Shown one piece after another: positions 13,229 through 22,260 of a stretch of 64,000 bases of DNA. Source of the DNA: Podarcis filfolensis (taxonomy: Eukaryota); NCBI GenBank assembly GCA_964270895.1, contig OZ185440.1; one strand, given 5' to 3'. The position numbers and the translations under genes are program-made. The notes beneath the pieces were generated by a model that saw nothing but the letters and a program-made list of their open reading frames with translations, was not told the DNA's origin and did not search any database. Numbering within the stretch: the first letter of the stretch is position 1; every line of letters begins with the position of its first letter.

Positions 13229-16200
13229 ATTATTATTATTATTATTATTATTTATTTATACCCCGCCTATCTGGCTGGGCTTCCCCAGCCACTCTGGGCG
13301 GCTTCCAAAAAAAAAATTAAAACACTGCAATACATCAAACATTAAAAGCTTCCCTAAACGGACTTGAGATTGAAAATAATCATGTGCAAAAAGGGAGTGT
13401 ATAACAGAGGTAGGGGGCTCTACTGAGTAAATGAAAATGTATTTGGGGACTGCTGGGTAATAAGTGTGTACATCCAATTCCTGTATAATATTCTTAATAT
13501 CAAAAGTTCAAGATCCGTTGTGAGCTGTATTCTGACATCAACACATTTGTTAGTTGGTGTAACAAATGATTAATAATGAAATAAAAAAGGACACAGTGAA
13601 TGGCCTAGAATCACTTGTAGCTGCCACACTGCTAAGAAAGTGCAGCTCTGATCAGACCCTTGGATGGGAGAGCACTGGGAGGTTCAATAAAATATCTCTC
13701 TTTCTCTCTCTCAAAAAAAAAAACAAAAAAACCAAACATATATAAAGAGTACTGTGAAACTCAACAAGTCTCATTACCACATTATTATTTCACAAGCCTT
13801 GTGCTTTATACAGTAGATGAAGCAAGATTTGCCTCTATGTGGGGGACTACGCAGGAGCAGCCAGAGCAGTGGTGCCATACAGTTGCCCTGACGCTACTTG
13901 TGGCTACTTATTTGGCCATTGTGGGGAAAGATGGAAGCAAGATCAGAGCCCTCCCTATACCAACAATCATTGCTGCTTACCAGAACGGGGTAGAGGTGTA
14001 AAGGACTCCAAAGTTCTCTAATCAAGTCCTCCCATTGCACATTTTTAAGCATAATCAATCTTAGAAAGACTAAACTGGCTGATTCGACTTTGCAGCCCAG
14101 AATCATCAACAAAAACATTTGTTATAAAAATACAGTAGTTCCAAGAGCCCCATTCAAAAAATCAAGCTGTTAAGTAGGGATTTTTTTCCAAGGAGCAAGC
14201 AAATTGACACCTACTAGTACAGACTGCTTTCCATACTCAATCCACCGAAGTGTAGCAAAATTAGTAGATTCAGCACAGTTGAAGCCATGATTAAAGCCAG
14301 CATGGTATCCATAAGGAAAGGTTATCATGAATTCACCTGCTTCTTGGGTCACCTGTAAGACAGGAAGGCCACTTAAGATTATCTGCATTTTACATTATCT
14401 CTTACTTGTAAGTTCTAATACTATGAATCCAAAATCATAGGGCTCAATTACCCTTCTGCTCAAATCATTAAATTGTCAAAGGCTGATTTACTTGCACTAT
14501 TCACAAATTTCTAGGAGACTGAGAACTTCTGCAAATTGAACTATATATGGCATATTTCAATCTGGACAGAAGAAGAAATGAGGTGCAACATACATTTTAG
14601 TTAAAATTTTATTTGGCCACATGTACATTTGTAAACAAATATTTAGACAAATTATGTATCAGCTGAGACTGAGTGACTAAAACTATCTTTCAATGCTATA
14701 GTAGTGCCTTTTCCATTTCAATTAGAACTGTGAAACTGTTATTAGAATAGAGACATGTGGCCAACCCCTATGTTAAGGCATGTTATGCTAAGTAGGCACA
14801 AATCAAACAAATAATAATTCGCTACATCCCTCCGCACAGCATCAAACCCTGCACCTTATAATTCACTTGCAGAAGAAAACTATCTTGTCCAGTAAGTTTA
14901 AGACCAGACCTTTCTAGAAATAGGAAGGCCAAAGTTTAAGGGATCTCATAAGAGATTTTGTATTTTCTGGTGTTTTCATCAACTTCTCAGAAATCCAATT
15001 CCTGTCATCTTACAAGGATCCCTGATGCTTCCTTAGATGTACTCTAAAACTGCAGTAATGCCAATGCTCCTTTCTCACCTTGTCAAATGGAATGCCATAT
15101 TTCTTCAATATTGATGGAGATATTAGGGTCATCTTGTGACGAAGGAAAGCTTCACAGCTCTGGGCACTTCCAGGAAAGAACCCTGTTTAAGTAAAGATGT
15201 TATATGTGTTCCTGGATGAAAAGGGCTGCTCACATAAATACCCTTTGGCTACATTATTTAATACTTTATTCTCGACTCTTGCTACTCAAGCAGGAGAGAG
15301 ACGAGACTGCAAAAAAATCAGACCATTATCATGCTCTCTCAAAGGTGACTGTACCCACTTGTTTCCAATGGAAAGGTGGACAGTCTTTCCTTATCTCATC
15401 TCATAGCACAATACGAATTATGTCACAGACTCAGAATAAGGACCAAAATAATGAAAATGGGGGAGGGGGACACCTCACAATAAAAACCCCAAGAACTAAG
15501 GTGGAGATTAATATCCGTTTTTTAGACTCTTAATAGAAGCTGCATCTTGTTTGTGGGTTCCTAAGAAAGTGAAGCTAACTAGTGGATTTCCTTTAATCAA
15601 GCTGAGTAAAAAACATTTTGAAAGCCTAAACAGATTACAATTAAGACAATCAGCCTAACTTCAACGCCCCCCCTCCAAGTAAGAGTGCAGGAATAAAAGC
15701 AAACACTTCATTCCCAGATTCTAAGAATGGTTGCCACCACAAAAAAAAATCCCTTCCCACACACTCATTCAGAGACCAAGTGTCTCAGCAGAGATATTTC
15801 CCAGCCCTGCTCAGTCTTTAACCGGAGATGCCGAGAACTGAACCTGGAGCTCCATTATGAAGGATATGTGCACTACACACTGGGGTACAGTCCTTCCCCA
15901 CACCCAAGGTCTCTTCTCGAAATGGTTTTCCAATTTCTCCAATGTCAGGCATTGCCCAAGGAAGCCAAAACTAGCTCCCAGCAGTACAACCATCACTGCT
16001 GCATTATATACTGTATATTTATACATTTTGGCACAATTATTACAGTGATCTACTGGATTGTGCTGATGAGTAATGCTTCCTCTTTCAGCTGCAAGGACAT
16101 AGCAATTGAGGAACTAACTTTTCTTTGAAGATACATGAAAAGATGAATGTTTGTCCATATCTTCACCTATGTAGTCCTTAAAAAAGAAAAGGGAGCTGTG

Positions 16201-19200
16201 CAAGGGTAATAGTCTTCCAACATTGCTCATTTCAACATTCAGAAACTGACTGTGATTTAATAAATTTCATCACTCCACTAACCTGTCAGTTGAACTGTAT
16301 GGGAACTAGGGTAAGTTGCTGCACTAGAAAAGGTTTTTCCCTCACGTGCAAAAAGTTCTTCCTCCCTGCTGTTAGGTTTATAATGCTGGATTAGGGTTAT
16401 TGCCATGGTAGCGTTAAAGCGAAAGTAGATCCTATGGCTCTTCAGAAACAATCAACTGCATACATCCACTGAGACAGAAAGAGATGGTTACCTTTAGCAA
16501 GGCGTTCCAGCCGCTTCCCATGCTCTGGAGGAATGGAGTACCTGTAGTCACAAACACGTTACGTAAACAAAAAGCATAGGGGAGCTTGGGGTTGAAGAGC
16601 TTTAGATATCATAATAGTAGCAGTAGTAGTAGTAATAATAATAATAATAGGAAATAATGGAGAAATAATTTCAATTGCTAAGCTACCAACATTTATAGGC
16701 CAATTTTGTTCTTTTCCAAACTAAGGAAGTCAGAAAGTTTGCTTGCCCATGAGACTCTTACTAGAAATACAGAACGTTAAATATAAGTAAAGGTTATATA
16801 CAAAATGCTTTTCCACAACAGGTTCTCTCACCATGACTTGGGCTCCCCAAAATGCAAGTAGTTGATGCTGTAGAGATCCATGTCCTCTGTGTGCCAGGCA
16901 AATGATGTTTTCCACATTCCAAAGTAGAGATATGGTGTATTCACCCCCTCAATAGTAATGCCACTTTCATTCTCTACTACATCAAGAATTGTATTCAGAT
17001 GGCCAATATTCCAGTCATCTACATGCTGAAGAAATTAAATGAAGCCAAACAGAAACAAGCAATTAACATCTTATCAGCTGTAATAACTAATATTATTTGT
17101 CCTATATTACTGCTAACCTCTGCTCCTTGCCCTATTGGTAATTTCAGCAACAGGGACAGGTAAGTCTGCACTTGCTTCAGTGAAACCCTACAATGGTTAG
17201 AGCTCAGCATCAAGGTTAAGAGTTCGTAATCACTACTGAAAACAAGGTAAACCATACACAAGTTAGAGACACCTATTCATAAGTTTGCTTCTTACCTTGT
17301 CATAGAGTGTGCCATTAACATCTGCACCATATATTGGAGCATTGAATGTGAGGTTCTTCCAGTATTTGCGTTCAAGGTCTTCAAAATCAGTATATCGAGG
17401 GGTGCAGTATCTAAAATAGAAGGCAGTTGCTTTTCACTTTCTTTTTCATAGGCATATCTCATAGAAATGTCAGAAAAAGTAGCAGTCATTTTTTTTAAAA
17501 AAAACATAGTCTTAATAAAAATGTATTATAGAAAACAGATTAGATAAGCACTATGGATAGAGAGAATATGTATAAGTATAAACATGCAGAACTAAGAAGC
17601 CAAATGTTCCATTCTTGTTCTTTTCTACTTTTAGTAATAATGTTTATACGCTATGTAGTCAGGCTCAAGTTCTTTGCCAAAAAACTGATTTGCATAATTT
17701 GAGAAGGAAAAGACCATTAAGAAATACAGTACATGACTGGATAATTTTATCTCAATTATTCTGGTGATAATCTTTGACAAAGAACACCAGTGTTCCTGGG
17801 TGATCAGCAGGGATAAACACAATTCCTATGAGCCACAGAACAGGACGAAACATCAGTTTCTTATGGGTGCAAGAATTACAATGTGCAGCAGGGGATCCTT
17901 GGGGCTGACTCATGCCTTTGTGTATGAAGATCTGTTCTTTTTGTTAAAACTAAAGGACAGGTCATACATGGGCATTGCTTGGCAGTCATTTAAAAAAAAG
18001 AAACTAGAGCAGGTAGTTGATGTAGTGCCCTCCATGTGTTTTGGACTACAACTCCCATTAGCCCCACCCAGCATAATTAATGGCCAGTAATTGAAGGTGT
18101 AATCCAACATCATCTGGAAGGTGCCATGTTGGCTATCACTGTGATAGACAAAATTACAGAATAGAAATGTATTTAAACTTTCATACTTATCACTATTTGC
18201 TATCCTCCTGAACTCCCGAACTGTCATAGCTTTCTTCTGGATGTTATATTGTGTGAAGAGGCCTGACTGGCCTGTGACCACTTGCTGAATAGGAGCTGGG
18301 ATGTTCACATCATCAATATCATCATACCATTTGCGTGGTTTCCATTCCTTTGGAGGAACAACCTAGAAAGTTCAAAAGACAAATGATACAATGGTTCAAA
18401 ATAGCAAGTAAATAAAACCTGTAGAAGTAACCCAGTAAGGCATATGATTTCATATTATTCCAAGGGTACGGCTGCATATTCCTGCATTGCAGTGGGTTGG
18501 AGTAGATAATCCTCAGGATCCCTTCCAACTCTACAATTTTATGATTCTATAAGTTTTCATTGGCATAATGCTTTGATATAATTAGTTGGGACTAAGCCTC
18601 ATTGAATTAAATAGCGCATACTTCTGAGTAGACATGGTTAGAATTATACAGTCATTAAAATGTCTCAACTTTTAATATGGGGGGGGGATCACCCTTCATC
18701 TCAAATATTGTTAAGCAAATAGTATTAGGTAACGTGCAAAATTTCTATGTCTGACTATGAAAATCTAAACAACTCAATTTTTATCAGTGAGGAATATTAA
18801 GACCTATTTGTAATGAAAATAAGAACTATTTCCTTAGCATCAACGGCATGCAGCTGTGTATCAAAACTTTACAAAGACACGTCTTCACTGCAAAATACAT
18901 TTCTCATTAGCACTATGCTGTGCTAATTACAGTAATCAACAAATTACAGTAAGGCAACTTAGGCACATTTGCTCATTCAGCTTTATGTAAAAAAAATAAA
19001 ACAGGCAGAAAGGGAGTGGCGTTCTGAGAAAATTTGGCAATCCTACCCGTCACTAAACATAATGGGTTTGGACTAAACATGATTTTGGCTTTAGGTGTGA
19101 TCTCTGGAATGTAACCCCCATGTAAGTAAGTTAACTATACACTATATTTTTCTGAATCATACTAGAGAACATTTTGAACACTTTTGTGGTCTGTTTTACC

Positions 19201-19337
19201 TTTGCCAGTCCAGCTCTATGAGCTCCTTGCGACTCTATATATGCAATGTAACGGCTGAAGTTTTTGAACTCTTCCATAGTTGGGTGGAATGTCATTATTC
19301 TCGCACTTGGATTCGGGTTCTCAAATTCAGATGCCAT
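81..19337 (-). CDS. KDM4A: Lysine demethylase 4A (JMJD2A), spliced CDS, exons 2-20; 3' exons lie outside the window
   Basis: 19 GT-AG exons join in frame (2925 nt, 975 aa): JmjN, JmjC with HTE...H iron ligands and C/H/CSC zinc site, PHD/zinc-knuckle region, start of double Tudor. Motifs [14 protein letters not shown] and [17 protein letters not shown] and the tandem position next to PTPRF point to KDM4A rather than KDM4B/C. Confidence 0.97.
911..1081 (-). CDS. KDM4A: KDM4A exon 19 (Tudor; RAKAALQ...YPEDIV)
   Basis: 171 nt, polypyrimidine-cag acceptor, gtatgc donor; SKHKNGRFY and NFDDGSFSD motifs. Confidence 0.95.
1398..1586 (-). CDS. KDM4A: KDM4A exon 18 (PHD2; [24 protein letters not shown]...)
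   Basis: 189 nt within ORF 1365-1628; cag / gtaagg. Confidence 0.95.
2575..2786 (+). repeat. L2-like 3' end running into a compound (TA)n/(GAT)n microsatellite
   Basis: ttttatgttgtgaactgcc...gatgaatagc resembles an L2 3' terminus; followed by two (TA)n runs and (GAT)n. Confidence 0.6.
4109..4217 (-). CDS. KDM4A: KDM4A exon 17 ([15 protein letters not shown]...RFRL)
   Basis: 109 nt; cag / gtaaga. Confidence 0.95.
4468..4841 (-). mobile_element. Sauria SINE, full length, 25-bp TSD
   Basis: tRNA-like head with GGTTCGAATCC B box, (ACCTTT)n tail; TSD 4443-4467 / 4840-4864 (24/25 identical); homologous to the copy at 25553. Confidence 0.92.
4870..4925 (-). CDS. KDM4A: KDM4A exon 16 ([18 protein letters not shown])
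   Basis: 56 nt; cag / gtgagt. Confidence 0.95.
5972..6048 (-). CDS. KDM4A: KDM4A exon 15 ([25 protein letters not shown])
   Basis: 77 nt; tag / gtaaga. Confidence 0.95.
7259..7454 (-). CDS. KDM4A: KDM4A exon 14 ([12 protein letters not shown]...[10 protein letters not shown])
   Basis: 196 nt; cag / gtgagt. Confidence 0.94.
8342..8870 (-). mobile_element. Decayed non-LTR retrotransposon 3' end (RTEX-like C-terminal zinc finger)
   Basis: [13 protein letters not shown]...[21 protein letters not shown]...Y.DLR, frameshifted continuation TKLVAKYL, then gccaataa + (TGA)n tail; clade uncertain. Confidence 0.55.
9019..9197 (-). CDS. KDM4A: KDM4A exon 13 ([19 protein letters not shown]...[11 protein letters not shown])
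   Basis: 179 nt; cag / gtaagc. Confidence 0.95.
10063..10183 (-). CDS. KDM4A: KDM4A exon 12 ([17 protein letters not shown])
   Basis: 121 nt; cag / gtaagt. Confidence 0.95.
10737..11089 (-). CDS. KDM4A: KDM4A exon 11 (acidic/Ser-rich linker, [14 protein letters not shown]...LTVHSYAK)
   Basis: 353 nt inside ORF 10647-11159; cag / gtaatt; phase fits both neighbours. Confidence 0.92.
11923..12113 (-). CDS. KDM4A: KDM4A exon 10 ([18 protein letters not shown])
   Basis: 191 nt; cag / gtaact. Confidence 0.93.
12821..13068 (-). CDS. KDM4A: KDM4A exon 9 ([24 protein letters not shown])
   Basis: 248 nt; cag / gtatgt. Confidence 0.95.
13194..13359 (-). mobile_element. L2-type LINE 3' end with tail expanded into (TAC)n(ATT)n microsatellite
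   Basis: Minus strand reads gggaagctttta...gaagccgcccagagtggc...gcggggtataaat followed by simple repeats 13194-13252. Confidence 0.7.
14215..14352 (-). CDS. KDM4A: KDM4A exon 8 (JmjC; [20 protein letters not shown])
   Basis: 138 nt; cag / gtaggt. Confidence 0.96.
15079..15182 (-). CDS. KDM4A: KDM4A exon 7 ([22 protein letters not shown])
   Basis: 104 nt; cag / gtgaga. Confidence 0.96.
16492..16541 (-). CDS. KDM4A: KDM4A exon 6 ([16 protein letters not shown])
   Basis: 50 nt; cag / gtaacc. Confidence 0.95.
16832..17025 (-). CDS. KDM4A: KDM4A exon 5 (JmjC; [24 protein letters not shown])
   Basis: 194 nt; cag / gtgaga. Confidence 0.96.
17296..17410 (-). CDS. KDM4A: KDM4A exon 4 ([23 protein letters not shown])
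   Basis: 115 nt; tag / gtaaga. Confidence 0.96.
18010..18141. mobile_element. hAT-type palindromic MITE (decayed)
   Basis: ccctcca...ggactacaactccc...catctggaagg; same family as 62382-62517. Confidence 0.65.
18187..18362 (-). CDS. KDM4A: KDM4A exon 3 ([10 protein letters not shown]...[11 protein letters not shown])
   Basis: 176 nt; tag / gtatga. Confidence 0.96.
18478..18550 (+). mobile_element. CR1 LINE 3' tip
   Basis: attcctgcattgcag...gatcccttccaactctacaatt + ATTCTAT tail. Confidence 0.75.
19200..19337 (-). CDS. KDM4A: KDM4A exon 2, coding part (JmjN; [20 protein letters not shown])
   Basis: ATG at 19337 in strong Kozak context (AACGATGG); 138 coding nt; gtaaaa donor; likely acceptor (ttag) gives exon start at 19388. 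Confidence 0.95.
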
Positions 19338-20059
19338 CGTTCTTGTTCACAATTGTCCTTGTCACATGTGAACCAGGAAAAAAGTGCACTAATACAAACA
19401 ACCATTCAAATAACACAAATAAATAATCAAATCAGGCCTATCCAGGATAGTTTAAGCATAATATATAAAGAATGCTAAACATAAATGAAGGCATTTCCCC
19501 TCCCATTCCCCAAAGATCAATAACCCCACTATCTTGGGAGTGGAATGACATAATTTTTTTAAAAAAACTCCTCCTAACTTTCATGTGTTTTACTCAACAG
19601 CTTGTGCCTCCTAAACATCCGTCACACTGTAAAAATCCCCTGTCAGAGAACAAGTACCAGGGTGTACTGCCAACACTGCTGTTTGCGAAAGACCCCACCA
19701 TTCTCACTCTTGGGATACTGGAAGGTGCTCTGATGGTTGGCTACAGAGGATACGGTATGACGATGCTTTTGCTTTTGTTTTGTTGAGGGCATTTCCTGAC
19801 ACGGAAGCTTGAGTTACATTTCTCACCAAAGACATTTATCAATCCTGAAAGGATTTATCAATCCTGAAGCCTAGGGGAAAGAGGCAGCAGTATGGCTATG
19901 AATCTCATCGTTGATGGGGCCCACAAGCAGGAAAGGGTTATTGCGCTCGTGTTCTTCTTCGGGGTAGCTGGTTCTTCTCGGTGGGAAATAAGATGCTGGA
20001 CTAGACAGGCCTTTGGTCTGACCCAGTGTTACGGCCAGCAAGGCTCTTCTTAGGAGAAG

Positions 20060-21340
20060 GATGTCTCCTTGACAGGGGCACGTGCGGCACTGTTTGATGG
20101 GCCAGGCCTGTTTGGTTTTGTACACACGGGAGGGAGGCCTGCCTCTCCACGAGAAGAAAGGAAGCTGCGCCCGTCGCTGCGAGACGTGAGGGGCTTAACA
20201 GCACTCATCTTTGTAGGGGCGCCCAGGGCTGCCTCGGGCTGCGCCTGCGGTTACAAAACCCGGCCTAAGGGAGGCGAGGAAAATCGGGTCGCTCGCTTAT
20301 GCGCGGAGGCGGCGAGAGCGGCCGTCCCTCAGCCTTTCCACTCATGAAGCCAGGGCCTGGCACCACACGGCGCGGCTCTGAGCCCCGAGAGAGATCAATC
20401 CAGCGGAGAGGGGAGCCCACCCTCCATCCACTCCCACCCGAAAGGACGGTCTTCCGCTGCTCTCGACGGTTCCCGTTCCTCAAACGCGACTTCAGGCCAA
20501 CCGAGAGGGGCCCCACCCGGACCCGCCTCGCTCCCCACTCCCCTGTTCTCGCTACCCTCGCGGCTCAGTCAGTCAGTCAGTCAGTCCGCCGCCCGCCCCC
20601 GGCACTGCCACGGCTCCCCCAAGAAAGCCCCCTTAATTCGTACTCACCTACGTGCATACAAGCACCACCTCCGCCTTTGCCAAGGCCCAAGGCTCGAGCA
20701 TTAGCCTGGGGCCGAAACCGTCCTATGCTCCGCCCCTCTCGGTTGTGTCGGGGGCGTTTCCCAGTCACAGTCCAATCCCCGCGAACGCCTGGATCGGCGT
20801 TACCGTCTCATAGGCTATCTACAATGCCAATCACAAAAGTCTCGTCCGCCGTCAGGCCCTCCCCTTCGCCGCCGCGACGACTGGTCGGATTAGTGCCCCC
20901 TGCTGTGAAAGTAGTTCCGACGCTATTTTACGGCTGCGCGAGGCGATATTGCGACTTTGTTTGTTCGAACGACCATAGGGCGCCCCCTCCGCTCGAGTCA
21001 GTAAAGAAACCGCTCCGTCTTTCTCTCGCTCCCTTTTTTTCCGCCCCTTACTCCATATTCCCAAGCGGTCTCCGCCCACAACGAGATTCACGTACTGTAA
21101 TTATAGTTCCGATCCAGTCAGCAAGGAGAAGTGTGTGAATCGGCGCGACCGTGGAATAGCCAATCAGTGAGGGAGGGAGTCTTGTCGTTAAGCAGACTTT
21201 GTGTTTGTGGGGAGACGCTGAGGGAGGGAGGGAGTCTCCACCGTTGGTGAGGGGGTTATCTAATAACCGTTTTCATATTGAAAGGAGAAGCGGCATAAGG
21301 GTTTGTTGATATAGGGGACAGCAGCGTGCGCGATACCCTG
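20060..21340. promoter_or_regulatory. CpG island / KDM4A promoter
   Basis: Abrupt rise in GC and CpG content about 0.7-2 kb upstream of the ATG exon; CCAAT at 20772, 20827, 21160; GC box ctccgcccc at 20728-20736. Confidence 0.9.
20648..20760 (-). other. KDM4A: Probable non-coding exon 1 of KDM4A (5' end approximate)
   Basis: TAG|GTGAGT donor at 20648/20647 inside the CpG island, next to a GC box and CCAAT boxes; TSS not determinable from sequence. Confidence 0.6.
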
Positions 21341-21542
21341 TTATTATTTTGTACGTCTGCTTTTCATTTTACTTAAGCACTGAAAGCGAAAACATGTTGG
21401 TTGAATTTCCTCGACGCAAGGAGAAATTACTGTCGTTCCTTTATTTACTTCTCAGCGCTGACGCTGGAGCCCAATTCCAACATGCCTCGGTTTTAAACTG
21501 GCGAGGTGGCTTATCTGTATTGTTTATTGTTTTACCAAAGAG

Positions 21543-21680
21543 ATTGTAGAAGCGTAAAGCTGGAAGGGACTTCCAAGGGTCATCTAGTCCAACAGCCTGC
21601 GACTCAGGAGTCACAACTAAGGAATCCCAGAGAGATGGCCACCTCTGTTTAAAAACATCCAATGAAGAAGGGAGAGGCAT
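21543..21680 (-). mobile_element. CR1 LINE 3' fragment
   Basis: Reverse of ...ggactagatgacccttggaagtcccttccagc... Confidence 0.65.
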
Positions 21681-21778
21681 GTTGTACATACCGGTAATAA
21701 TTTAGTAACAATTCGGAAGTTAGGCAGGGGTTACTGGAGGGAGAAGGCTTTTTTCTGCACAGGTGTCCAGACTAAATA

Positions 21779-21913
21779 AGAGATAGGGAACCTACAGCCC
21801 TCCAGATATTGTGGGATTACAGATCCCATCATCCCCAGCCAGAGTGCCCAATGGTTAGGGGTGATGCCAGTTGTGCTCGACCAGCATCAGGAGGACACTA
21901 CATTGGCTGCCTC
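21779..21913. mobile_element. hAT-type palindromic MITE (decayed)
   Basis: gatagggaacc...ccctccagat...cccatcatccc; same family as 62382-62517. Confidence 0.6.
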
Positions 21914-22106
21914 TAAGAGATGCATGACAGACAGAATCACACCAGGGGCAATAGAGTTACAGAAACCGACAATTGCCCAAATGTTTCTTTCTATATTACT
22001 CTTTAAAGTGAACCTAGCAGAGACTGGGACTGTTAATCTTTAATCATATAATATCTAATCTTTGAATGGTTTCCAGAGAGAGACTAATATCCGTAGACTG
22101 GCCTTA

Positions 22107-22260
22107 CAGACATAAGAAGAGCCTGCTGGATCAGGTCAACGGCCCATCTAGTCTAGCATCCTGTTCTCACAGTGGCCATCCAGATGGCTGTGGGAAGCCA
22201 GCAAGCAGGATTTAAGCACAAGAGCACTGTCCTTTCACTGTGTTATCTACCAGGCAGTCT
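22107..22260 (-). mobile_element. CR1 LINE 3' fragment (second subfamily)
   Basis: acataagaagagcctgctggatcagg...ctagcatcctgttctcacagtggcc pattern. Confidence 0.65.

Noticed and set aside
16230-16275. GTGATGA...CTGA on the minus strand, resembling a C/D snoRNA
   Set aside because: The boxes are only about 25 nt apart with no terminal stem.
20299-21138. 279-aa plus-strand ORF (longest in the track)
   Set aside because: It lies in the GC-rich CpG island where stops are rare; Pro/Arg/Ser-rich with no recognisable domain.
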